A stretch of DNA of 36,111 nt from Naegleria gruberi. Its lineage: Eukaryota. The stretch lies in assembly GCA_000004985.1 (NCBI GenBank), contig GG738945.1. The stretch is one strand, 5' to 3'. Below, one piece after another: positions 20,201 through 32,200 of the stretch. The position numbers and the translations under genes are program-made. The notes under the pieces are model-generated. The model was not told where the DNA came from and did not search any database. It worked only from the letters and a program-made list of their open reading frames with translations. Every line of letters starts with the position of its first letter. Position 1 is the first letter of the stretch.

Positions 20201-23200
20201 NNNNNNNNNNNNNNNNNNNNNNNNNNNNNNNNNNNNNNNNNNNNNNNNNNNNNNNNNNNNNNNNNNNNNNNNNNNNNNNNNNNNNNNNNNNNNNNNNNNN
20301 NNNNNNNNNNNNNNNNNNNNNNNNNNNNNNNNNNNNNNNNNNNNNNNNNNNNNNNNNNNNNNNNNNNNNNNNNNNNNNNNNNNNNNNNNNNNNNNNNNNN
20401 NNNNNNNNNNNNNNNNNNNNNNNNNNNNNNNNNNNNNNNNNNNNNNNNNNNNNNNNNNNNNNNNNNNNNNNNNNNNNNNNNNNNNNNNNNNNNNNNNNNN
20501 NNNNNNNNNNNNNNNNNNNNNNNNNNNNNNNNNNNNNNNNNNNNNNNNNNNNNNNNNNNNNNNNNNNNNNNNNNNNNNNNNNNNNNNNNNNNNNNNNNNN
20601 NNNNNNNNNNNNNNNNNNNNNNNNNNNNNNNNNNNNNNNNNNNNNNNNNNNNNNNNNNNNNNNNNNNNNNNNNNNNNNNNNNNNNNNNNNNNNNNNNNNN
20701 NNNNNNNNNNNNNNNNNNNNNNNNNNNNNNNNNNNNNNNNNNNNNNNNNNNNNNNNNNNNNNNNNNNNNNNNNNNNNNNNNNNNNNNNNNNNNNNNNNNN
20801 NNNNNNNNNNNNNNNNNNNNNNNNNNNNNNNNNNNNNNNNNNNNNNNNNNNNNNNNNNNNNNNNNNNNNNNNNNNNNNNNNNNNNNNNNNNNNNNNNNNN
20901 NNNNNNNNNNNNNNNNNNNNNNNNNNNNNNNNNNNNNNNNNNNNNNNNNNNNNNNNNNNNNNNNNNNNNNNNNNNNNNNNNNNNNNNNNNNNNNNNNNNN
21001 NNNNNNNNNNNNNNNNNNNNNNNNNNNNNNNNNNNNNNNNNNNNNNNNNNNNNNNNNNNNNNNNNNNNNNNNNNNNNNNNNNNNNNNNNNNNNNNNNNNN
21101 NNNNNNNNNNNNNNNNNNNNNNNNNNNNNNNNNNNNNNNNNNNNNNNNNNNNNNNNNNNNNNNNNNNNNNNNNNNNNNNNNNNNNNNNNNNNNNNNNNNN
21201 NNNNNNNNNNNNNNNNNNNNNNNNNNNNNNNNNNNNNNNNNNNNNNNNNNNNNNNNNNNNNNNNNNNNNNNNNNNNNNNNNNNNNNNNNNNNNNNNNNNN
21301 NNNNNNNNNNNNNNNNNNNNNNNNNNNNNNNNNNNNNNNNNNNNNNNNNNNNNNNNNNNNNNNNNNNNNNNNNNNNNNNNNNNNNNNNNNNNNNNNNNNN
21401 NNNNNNNNNNNNNNNNNNNNNNNNNNNNNNNNNNNNNNNNNNNNNNNNNNNNNNNNNNNNNNNNNNNNNNNNNNNNNNNNNNNNNNNNNNNNNNNNNNNN
21501 NNNNNNNNNNNNNNNNNNNNNNNNNNNNNNNNNNNNNNNNNNNNNNNNNNNNNNNNNNNNNNNNNNNNNNNNNNNNNNNNNNNNNNNNNNNNNNNNNNNN
21601 NNNNNNNNNNNNNNNNNNNNNNNNNNNNNNNNNNNNNNNNNNNNNNNNNNNNNNNNNNNNNNNNNNNNNNNNNNNNNNNNNNNNNNNNNNNNNNNNNNNN
21701 NNNNNNNNNNNNNNNNNNNNNNNNNNNNNNNNNNNNNNNNNNNNNNNNNNNNNNNNNNNNNNNNNNNNNNNNNNNNNNNNNNNNNNNNNNNNNNNNNNNN
21801 NNNNNNNNNNNNNNNNNNNNNNNNNNNNNNNNNNNNNNNNNNNNNNNNNNNNNNNNNNNNNNNNNNNNNNNNNNNNNNNNNNNNNNNNNNNNNNNNNNNN
21901 NNNNNNNNNNNNNNNNNNNNNNNNNNNNNNNNNNNNNNNNNNNNNNNNNNNNNNNNNNNNNNNNNNNNNNNNNNNNNNNNNNNNNNNNNNNNNNNNNNNN
22001 NNNNNNNNNNNNNNNNNNNNNNNNNNNNNNNNNNNNNNNNNNNNNNNNNNNNNNNNNNNNNNNNNNNNNNNNNNNNNNNNNNNNNNNNNNNNNNNNNNNN
22101 NNNNNNNNNNNNNNNNNNNNNNNNNNNNNNNNNNNNNNNNNNNNNNNNNNNNNNNNNNNNNNNNNNNNNNNNNNNNNNNNNNNNNNNNNNNNNNNNNNNN
22201 NNNNNNNNNNNNNNNNNNNNNNNNNNNNNNNNNNNNNNNNNNNNNNNNNNNNNNNNNNNNNNNNNNNNNNNNNNNNNNNNNNNNNNNNNNNNNNNNNNNN
22301 NNNNNNNNNNNNNNNNNNNNNNNNNNNNNNNNNNNNNNNNNNNNNNNNNNNNNNNNNNNNNNNNNNNNNNNNNNNNNNNNNNNNNNNNNNNNNNNNNNNN
22401 NNNNNNNNNNNNNNNNNNNNNNNNNNNNNNNNNNNNNNNNNNNNNNNNNNNNNNNNNNNNNNNNNNNNNNNNNNNNNNNNNNNNNNNNNNNNNNNNNNNN
22501 NNNNNNNNNNNNNNNNNNNNNNNNNNNNNNNNNNNNNNNNNNNNNNNNNNNNNNNNNNNNNNNNNNNNNNNNNNNNNNNNNNNNNNNNNNNNNNNNNNNN
22601 NNNNNNNNNNNNNNNNNNNNNNNNNNNNNNNNNNNNNNNNNNNNNNNNNNNNNNNNNNNNNNNNNNNNNNNNNNNNNNNNNNNNNNNNNNNNNNNNNNNN
22701 NNNNNNNNNNNNNNNNNNNNNNNNNNNNNNNNNNNNNNNNNNNNNNNNNNNNNNNNNNNNNNNNNNNNNNNNNNNNNNNNNNNNNNNNNNNNNNNNNNNN
22801 NNNNNNNNNNNNNNNNNNNNNNNNNNNNNNNNNNNNNNNNNNNNNNNNNNNNNNNNNNNNNNNNNNNNNNNNNNNNNNNNNNNNNNNNNNNNNNNNNNNN
22901 NNNNNNNNNNNNNNNNNNNNNNNNNNNNNNNNNNNNNNNNNNNNNNNNNNNNNNNNNNNNNNNNNNNNNNNNNNNNNNNNNNNNNNNNNNNNNNNNNNNN
23001 NNNNNNNNNNNNNNNNNNNNNNNNNNNNNNNNNNNNNNNNNNNNNNNNNNNNNNNNNNNNNNNNNNNNNNNNNNNNNNNNNNNNNNNNNNNNNNNNNNNN
23101 NNNNNNNNNNNNNNNNNNNNNNNNNNNNNNNNNNNNNNNNNNNNNNNNNNNNNNNNNNNNNNNNNNNNNNNNNNNNNNNNNNNNNNNNNNNNNNNNNNNN

Positions 23201-26200
23201 NNNNNNNNNNNNNNNNNNNNNNNNNNNNNNNNNNNNNNNNNNNNNNNNNNNNNNNNNNNNNNNNNNNNNNNNNNNNNNNNNNNNNNNNNNNNNNNNNNNN
23301 NNNNNNNNNNNNNNNNNNNNNNNNNNNNNNNNNNNNNNNNNNNNNNNNNNNNNNNNNNNNNNNNNNNNNNNNNNNNNNNNNNNNNNNNNNNNNNNNNNNN
23401 NNNNNNNNNNNNNNNNNNNNNNNNNNNNNNNNNNNNNNNNNNNNNNNNNNNNNNNNNNNNNNNNNNNNNNNNNNNNNNNNNNNNNNNNNNNNNNNNNNNN
23501 NNNNNNNNNNNNNNNNNNNNNNNNNNNNNNNNNNNNNNNNNNNNNNNNNNNNNNNNNNNNNNNNNNNNNNNNNNNNNNNNNNNNNNNNNNNNNNNNNNNN
23601 NNNNNNNNNNNNNNNNNNNNNNNNNNNNNNNNNNNNNNNNNNNNNNNNNNNNNNNNNNNNNNNNNNNNNNNNNNNNNNNNNNNNNNNNNNNNNNNNNNNN
23701 NNNNNNNNNNNNNNNNNNNNNNNNNNNNNNNNNNNNNNNNNNNNNNNNNNNNNNNNNNNNNNNNNNNNNNNNNNNNNNNNNNNNNNNNNNNNNNNNNNNN
23801 NNNNNNNNNNNNNNNNNNNNNNNNNNNNNNNNNNNNNNNNNNNNNNNNNNNNNNNNNNNNNNNNNNNNNNNNNNNNNNNNNNNNNNNNNNNNNNNNNNNN
23901 NNNNNNNNNNNNNNNNNNNNNNNNNNNNNNNNNNNNNNNNNNNNNNNNNNNNNNNNNNNNNNNNNNNNNNNNNNNNNNNNNNNNNNNNNNNNNNNNNNNN
24001 NNNNNNNNNNNNNNNNNNNNNNNNNNNNNNNNNNNNNNNNNNNNNNNNNNNNNNNNNNNNNNNNNNNNNNNNNNNNNNNNNNNNNNNNNNNNNNNNNNNN
24101 NNNNNNNNNNNNNNNNNNNNNNNNNNNNNNNNNNNNNNNNNNNNNNNNNNNNNNNNNNNNNNNNNNNNNNNNNNNNNNNNNNNNNNNNNNNNNNNNNNNN
24201 NNNNNNNNNNNNNNNNNNNNNNNNNNNNNNNNNNNNNNNNNNNNNNNNNNNNNNNNNNNNNNNNNNNNNNNNNNNNNNNNNNNNNNNNNNNNNNNNNNNN
24301 NNNNNNNNNNNNNNNNNNNNNNNNNNNNNNNNNNNNNNNNNNNNNNNNNNNNNNNNNNNNNNNNNNNNNNNNNNNNNNNNNNNNNNNNNNNNNNNNNNNN
24401 NNNNNNNNNNNNNNNNNNNNNNNNNNNNNNNNNNNNNNNNNNNNNNNNNNNNNNNNNNNNNNNNNNNNNNNNNNNNNNNNNNNNNNNNNNNNNNNNNNNN
24501 NNNNNNNNNNNNNNNNNNNNNNNNNNNNNNNNNNNNNNNNNNNNNNNNNNNNNNNNNNNNNNNNNNNNNNNNNNNNNNNNNNNNNNNNNNNNNNNNNNNN
24601 NNNNNNNNNNNNNNNNNNNNNNNNNNNNNNNNNNNNNNNNNNNNNNNNNNNNNNNNNNNNNNNNNNNNNNNNNNNNNNNNNNNNNNNNNNNNNNNNNNNN
24701 NNNNNNNNNNNNNNNNNNNNNNNNNNNNNNNNNNNNNNNNNNNNNNNNNNNNNNNNNNNNNNNNNNNNNNNNNNNNNNNNNNNNNNNNNNNNNNNNNNNN
24801 NNNNNNNNNNNNNNNNNNNNNNNNNNNNNNNNNNNNNNNNNNNNNNNNNNNNNNNNNNNNNNNNNNNNNNNNNNNNNNNNNNNNNNNNNNNNNNNNNNNN
24901 NNNNNNNNNNNNNNNNNNNNNNNNNNNNNNNNNNNNNNNNNNNNNNNNNNNNNNNNNNNNNNNNNNNNNNNNNNNNNNNNNNNNNNNNNNNNNNNNNNNN
25001 NNNNNNNNNNNNNNNNNNNNNNNNNNNNNNNNNNNNNNNNNNNNNNNNNNNNNNNNNNNNNNNNNNNNNNNNNNNNNNNNNNNNNNNNNNNNNNNNNNNN
25101 NNNNNNNNNNNNNNNNNNNNNNNNNNNNNNNNNNNNNNNNNNNNNNNNNNNNNNNNNNNNNNNNNNNNNNNNNNNNNNNNNNNNNNNNNNNNNNNNNNNN
25201 NNNNNNNNNNNNNNNNNNNNNNNNNNNNNNNNNNNNNNNNNNNNNNNNNNNNNNNNNNNNNNNNNNNNNNNNNNNNNNNNNNNNNNNNNNNNNNNNNNNN
25301 NNNNNNNNNNNNNNNNNNNNNNNNNNNNNNNNNNNNNNNNNNNNNNNNNNNNNNNNNNNNNNNNNNNNNNNNNNNNNNNNNNNNNNNNNNNNNNNNNNNN
25401 NNNNNNNNNNNNNNNNNNNNNNNNNNNNNNNNNNNNNNNNNNNNNNNNNNNNNNNNNNNNNNNNNNNNNNNNNNNNNNNNNNNNNNNNNNNNNNNNNNNN
25501 NNNNNNNNNNNNNNNNNNNNNNNNNNNNNNNNNNNNNNNNNNNNNNNNNNNNNNNNNNNNNNNNNNNNNNNNNNNNNNNNNNNNNNNNNNNNNNNNNNNN
25601 NNNNNNNNNNNNNNNNNNNNNNNNNNNNNNNNNNNNNNNNNNNNNNNNNNNNNNNNNNNNNNNNNNNNNNNNNNNNNNNNNNNNNNNNNNNNNNNNNNNN
25701 NNNNNNNNNNNNNNNNNNNNNNNNNNNNNNNNNNNNNNNNNNNNNNNNNNNNNNNNNNNNNNNNNNNNNNNNNNNNNNNNNNNNNNNNNNNNNNNNNNNN
25801 NNNNNNNNNNNNNNNNNNNNNNNNNNNNNNNNNNNNNNNNNNNNNNNNNNNNNNNNNNNNNNNNNNNNNNNNNNNNNNNNNNNNNNNNNNNNNNNNNNNN
25901 NNNNNNNNNNNNNNNNNNNNNNNNNNNNNNNNNNNNNNNNNNNNNNNNNNNNNNNNNNNNNNNNNNNNNNNNNNNNNNNNNNNNNNNNNNNNNNNNNNNN
26001 NNNNNNNNNNNNNNNNNNNNNNNNNNNNNNNNNNNNNNNNNNNNNNNNNNNNNNNNNNNNNNNNNNNNNNNNNNNNNNNNNNNNNNNNNNNNNNNNNNNN
26101 NNNNNNNNNNNNNNNNNNNNNNNNNNNNNNNNNNNNNNNNNNNNNNNNNNNNNNNNNNNNNNNNNNNNNNNNNNNNNNNNNNNNNNNNNNNNNNNNNNNN

Positions 26201-29200
26201 NNNNNNNNNNNNNNNNNNNNNNNNNNNNNNNNNNNNNNNNNNNNNNNNNNNNNNNNNNNNNNNNNNNNNNNNNNNNNNNNNNNNNNNNNNNNNNNNNNNN
26301 NNNNNNNNNNNNNNNNNNNNNNNNNNNNNNNNNNNNNNNNNNNNNNNNNNNNNNNNNNNNNNNNNNNNNNNNNNNNNNNNNNNNNNNNNNNNNNNNNNNN
26401 NNNNNNNNNNNNNNNNNNNNNNNNNNNNNNNNNNNNNNNNNNNNNNNNNNNNNNNNNNNNNNNNNNNNNNNNNNNNNNNNNNNNNNNNNNNNNNNNNNNN
26501 NNNNNNNNNNNNNNNNNNNNNNNNNNNNNNNNNNNNNNNNNNNNNNNNNNNNNNNNNNNNNNNNNNNNNNNNNNNNNNNNNNNNNNNNNNNNNNNNNNNN
26601 NNNNNNNNNNNNNNNNNNNNNNNNNNNNNNNNNNNNNNNNNNNNNNNNNNNNNNNNNNNNNNNNNNNNNNNNNNNNNNNNNNNNNNNNNNNNNNNNNNNN
26701 NNNNNNNNNNNNNNNNNNNNNNNNNNNNNNNNNNNNNNNNNNNNNNNNNNNNNNNNNNNNNNNNNNNNNNNNNNNNNNNNNNNNNNNNNNNNNNNNNNNN
26801 NNNNNNNNNNNNNNNNNNNNNNNNNNNNNNNNNNNNNNNNNNNNNNNNNNNNNNNNNNNNNNNNNNNNNNNNNNNNNNNNNNNNNNNNNNNNNNNNNNNN
26901 NNNNNNNNNNNNNNNNNNNNNNNNNNNNNNNNNNNNNNNNNNNNNNNNNNNNNNNNNNNNNNNNNNNNNNNNNNNNNNNNNNNNNNNNNNNNNNNNNNNN
27001 NNNNNNNNNNNNNNNNNNNNNNNNNNNNNNNNNNNNNNNNNNNNNNNNNNNNNNNNNNNNNNNNNNNNNNNNNNNNNNNNNNNNNNNNNNNNNNNNNNNN
27101 NNNNNNNNNNNNNNNNNNNNNNNNNNNNNNNNNNNNNNNNNNNNNNNNNNNNNNNNNNNNNNNNNNNNNNNNNNNNNNNNNNNNNNNNNNNNNNNNNNNN
27201 NNNNNNNNNNNNNNNNNNNNNNNNNNNNNNNNNNNNNNNNNNNNNNNNNNNNNNNNNNNNNNNNNNNNNNNNNNNNNNNNNNNNNNNNNNNNNNNNNNNN
27301 NNNNNNNNNNNNNNNNNNNNNNNNNNNNNNNNNNNNNNNNNNNNNNNNNNNNNNNNNNNNNNNNNNNNNNNNNNNNNNNNNNNNNNNNNNNNNNNNNNNN
27401 NNNNNNNNNNNNNNNNNNNNNNNNNNNNNNNNNNNNNNNNNNNNNNNNNNNNNNNNNNNNNNNNNNNNNNNNNNNNNNNNNNNNNNNNNNNNNNNNNNNN
27501 NNNNNNNNNNNNNNNNNNNNNNNNNNNNNNNNNNNNNNNNNNNNNNNNNNNNNNNNNNNNNNNNNNNNNNNNNNNNNNNNNNNNNNNNNNNNNNNNNNNN
27601 NNNNNNNNNNNNNNNNNNNNNNNNNNNNNNNNNNNNNNNNNNNNNNNNNNNNNNNNNNNNNNNNNNNNNNNNNNNNNNNNNNNNNNNNNNNNNNNNNNNN
27701 NNNNNNNNNNNNNNNNNNNNNNNNNNNNNNNNNNNNNNNNNNNNNNNNNNNNNNNNNNNNNNNNNNNNNNNNNNNNNNNNNNNNNNNNNNNNNNNNNNNN
27801 NNNNNNNNNNNNNNNNNNNNNNNNNNNNNNNNNNNNNNNNNNNNNNNNNNNNNNNNNNNNNNNNNNNNNNNNNNNNNNNNNNNNNNNNNNNNNNNNNNNN
27901 NNNNNNNNNNNNNNNNNNNNNNNNNNNNNNNNNNNNNNNNNNNNNNNNNNNNNNNNNNNNNNNNNNNNNNNNNNNNNNNNNNNNNNNNNNNNNNNNNNNN
28001 NNNNNNNNNNNNNNNNNNNNNNNNNNNNNNNNNNNNNNNNNNNNNNNNNNNNNNNNNNNNNNNNNNNNNNNNNNNNNNNNNNNNNNNNNNNNNNNNNNNN
28101 NNNNNNNNNNNNNNNNNNNNNNNNNNNNNNNNNNNNNNNNNNNNNNNNNNNNNNNNNNNNNNNNNNNNNNNNNNNNNNNNNNNNNNNNNNNNNNNNNNNN
28201 NNNNNNNNNNNNNNNNNNNNNNNNNNNNNNNNNNNNNNNNNNNNNNNNNNNNNNNNNNNNNNNNNNNNNNNNNNNNNNNNNNNNNNNNNNNNNNNNNNNN
28301 NNNNNNNNNNNNNNNNNNNNNNNNNNNNNNNNNNNNNNNNNNNNNNNNNNNNNNNNNNNNNNNNNNNNNNNNNNNNNNNNNNNNNNNNNNNNNNNNNNNN
28401 NNNNNNNNNNNNNNNNNNNNNNNNNNNNNNNNNNNNNNNNNNNNNNNNNNNNNNNNNNNNNNNNNNNNNNNNNNNNNNNNNNNNNNNNNNNNNNNNNNNN
28501 NNNNNNNNNNNNNNNNNNNNNNNNNNNNNNNNNNNNNNNNNNNNNNNNNNNNNNNNNNNNNNNNNNNNNNNNNNNNNNNNNNNNNNNNNNNNNNNNNNNN
28601 NNNNNNNNNNNNNNNNNNNNNNNNNNNNNNNNNNNNNNNNNNNNNNNNNNNNNNNNNNNNNNNNNNNNNNNNNNNNNNNNNNNNNNNNNNNNNNNNNNNN
28701 NNNNNNNNNNNNNNNNNNNNNNNNNNNNNNNNNNNNNNNNNNNNNNNNNNNNNNNNNNNNNNNNNNNNNNNNNNNNNNNNNNNNNNNNNNNNNNNNNNNN
28801 NNNNNNNNNNNNNNNNNNNNNNNNNNNNNNNNNNNNNNNNNNNNNNNNNNNNNNNNNNNNNNNNNNNNNNNNNNNNNNNNNNNNNNNNNNNNNNNNNNNN
28901 NNNNNNNNNNNNNNNNNNNNNNNNNNNNNNNNNNNNNNNNNNNNNNNNNNNNNNNNNNNNNNNNNNNNNNNNNNNNNNNNNNNNNNNNNNNNNNNNNNNN
29001 NNNNNNNNNNNNNNNNNNNNNNNNNNNNNNNNNNNNNNNNNNNNNNNNNNNNNNNNNNNNNNNNNNNNNNNNNNNNNNNNNNNNNNNNNNNNNNNNNNNN
29101 NNNNNNNNNNNNNNNNNNNNNNNNNNNNNNNNNNNNNNNNNNNNNNNNNNNNNNNNNNNNNNNNNNNNNNNNNNNNNNNNNNNNNNNNNNNNNNNNNNNN

Positions 29201-32200
29201 NNNNNNNNNNNNNNNNNNNNNNNNNNNNNNNNNNNNNNNNNNNNNNNNNNNNNNNNNNNNNNNNNNNNNNNNNNNNNNNNNNNNNNNNNNNNNNNNNNNN
29301 NNNNNNNNNNNNNNNNNNNNNNNNNNNNNNNNNNNNNNNNNNNNNNNNNNNNNNNNNNNNNNNNNNNNNNNNNNNNNNNNNNNNNNNNNNNNNNNNNNNN
29401 NNNNNNNNNNNNNNNNNNNNNNNNNNNNNNNNNNNNNNNNNNNNNNNNNNNNNNNNNNNNNNNNNNNNNNNNNNNNNNNNNNNNNNNNNNNNNNNNNNNN
29501 NNNNNNNNNNNNNNNNNNNNNNNNNNNNNNNNNNNNNNNNNNNNNNNNNNNNNNNNNNNNNNNNNNNNNNNNNNNNNNNNNNNNNNNNNNNNNNNNNNNN
29601 NNNNNNNNNNNNNNNNNNNNNNNNNNNNNNNNNNNNNNNNNNNNNNNNNNNNNNNNNNNNNNNNNNNNNNNNNNNNNNNNNNNNNNNNNNNNNNNNNNNN
29701 NNNNNNNNNNNNNNNNNNNNNNNNNNNNNNNNNNNNNNNNNNNNNNNNNNNNNNNNNNNNNNNNNNNNNNNNNNNNNNNNNNNNNNNNNNNNNNNNNNNN
29801 NNNNNNNNNNNNNNNNNNNNNNNNNNNNNNNNNNNNNNNNNNNNNNNNNNNNNNNNNNNNNNNNNNNNNNNNNNNNNNNNNNNNNNNNNNNNNNNNNNNN
29901 NNNNNNNNNNNNNNNNNNNNNNNNNNNNNNNNNNNNNNNNNNNNNNNNNNNNNNNNNNNNNNNNNNNNNNNNNNNNNNNNNNNNNNNNNNNNNNNNNNNN
30001 NNNNNNNNNNNNNNNNNNNNNNNNNNNNNNNNNNNNNNNNNNNNNNNNNNNNNNNNNNNNNNNNNNNNNNNNNNNNNNNNNNNNNNNNNNNNNNNNNNNN
30101 NNNNNNNNNNNNNNNNNNNNNNNNNNNNNNNNNNNNNNNNNNNNNNNNNNNNNNNNNNNNNNNNNNNNNNNNNNNNNNNNNNNNNNNNNNNNNNNNNNNN
30201 NNNNNNNNNNNNNNNNNNNNNNNNNNNNNNNNNNNNNNNNNNNNNNNNNNNNNNNNNNNNNNNNNNNNNNNNNNNNNNNNNNNNNNNNNNNNNNNNNNNN
30301 NNNNNNNNNNNNNNNNNNNNNNNNNNNNNNNNNNNNNNNNNNNNNNNNNNNNNNNNNNNNNNNNNNNNNNNNNNNNNNNNNNNNNNNNNNNNNNNNNNNN
30401 NNNNNNNNNNNNNNNNNNNNNNNNNNNNNNNNNNNNNNNNNNNNNNNNNNNNNNNNNNNNNNNNNNNNNNNNNNNNNNNNNNNNNNNNNNNNNNNNNNNN
30501 NNNNNNNNNNNNNNNNNNNNNNNNNNNNNNNNNNNNNNNNNNNNNNNNNNNNNNNNNNNNNNNNNNNNNNNNNNNNNNNNNNNNNNNNNNNNNNNNNNNN
30601 NNNNNNNNNNNNNNNNNNNNNNNNNNNNNNNNNNNNNNNNNNNNNNNNNNNNNNNNNNNNNNNNNNNNNNNNNNNNNNNNNNNNNNNNNNNNNNNNNNNN
30701 NNNNNNNNNNNNNNNNNNNNNNNNNNNNNNNNNNNNNNNNNNNNNNNNNNNNNNNNNNNNNNNNNNNNNNNNNNNNNNNNNNNNNNNNNNNNNNNNNNNN
30801 NNNNNNNNNNNNNNNNNNNNNNNNNNNNNNNNNNNNNNNNNNNNNNNNNNNNNNNNNNNNNNNNNNNNNNNNNNNNNNNNNNNNNNNNNNNNNNNNNNNN
30901 NNNNNNNNNNNNNNNNNNNNNNNNNNNNNNNNNNNNNNNNNNNNNNNNNNNNNNNNNNNNNNNNNNNNNNNNNNNNNNNNNNNNNNNNNNNNNNNNNNNN
31001 NNNNNNNNNNNNNNNNNNNNNNNNNNNNNNNNNNNNNNNNNNNNNNNNNNNNNNNNNNNNNNNNNNNNNNNNNNNNNNNNNNNNNNNNNNNNNNNNNNNN
31101 NNNNNNNNNNNNNNNNNNNNNNNNNNNNNNNNNNNNNNNNNNNNNNNNNNNNNNNNNNNNNNNNNNNNNNNNNNNNNNNNNNNNNNNNNNNNNNNNNNNN
31201 NNNNNNNNNNNNNNNNNNNNNNNNNNNNNNNNNNNNNNNNNNNNNNNNNNNNNNNNNNNNNNNNNNNNNNNNNNNNNNNNNNNNNNNNNNNNNNNNNNNN
31301 NNNNNNNNNNNNNNNNNNNNNNNNNNNNNNNNNNNNNNNNNNNNNNNNNNNNNNNNNNNNNNNNNNNNNNNNNNNNNNNNNNNNNNNNNNNNNNNNNNNN
31401 NNNNNNNNNNNNNNNNNNNNNNNNNNNNNNNNNNNNNNNNNNNNNNNNNNNNNNNNNNNNNNNNNNNNNNNNNNNNNNNNNNNNNNNNNNNNNNNNNNNN
31501 NNNNNNNNNNNNNNNNNNNNNNNNNNNNNNNNNNNNNNNNNNNNNNNNNNNNNNNNNNNNNNNNNNNNNNNNNNNNNNNNNNNNNNNNNNNNNNNNNNNN
31601 NNNNNNNNNNNNNNNNNNNNNNNNNNNNNNNNNNNNNNNNNNNNNNNNNNNNNNNNNNNNNNNNNNNNNNNNNNNNNNNNNNNNNNNNNNNNNNNNNNNN
31701 NNNNNNNNNNNNNNNNNNNNNNNNNNNNNNNNNNNNNNNNNNNNNNNNNNNNNNNNNNNNNNNNNNNNNNNNNNNNNNNNNNNNNNNNNNNNNNNNNNNN
31801 NNNNNNNNNNNNNNNNNNNNNNNNNNNNNNNNNNNNNNNNNNNNNNNNNNNNNNNNNNNNNNNNNNNNNNNNNNNNNNNNNNNNNNNNNNNNNNNNNNNN
31901 NNNNNNNNNNNNNNNNNNNNNNNNNNNNNNNNNNNNNNNNNNNNNNNNNNNNNNNNNNNNNNNNNNNNNNNNNNNNNNNNNNNNNNNNNNNNNNNNNNNN
32001 NNNNNNNNNNNNNNNNNNNNNNNNNNNNNNNNNNNNNNNNNNNNNNNNNNNNNNNNNNNNNNNNNNNNNNNNNNNNNNNNNNNNNNNNNNNNNNNNNNNN
32101 NNNNNNNNNNNNNNNNNNNNNNNNNNNNNNNNNNNNNNNNNNNNNNNNNNNNNNNNNNNNNNNNNNNNNNNNNNNNNNNNNNNNNNNNNNNNNNNNNNNN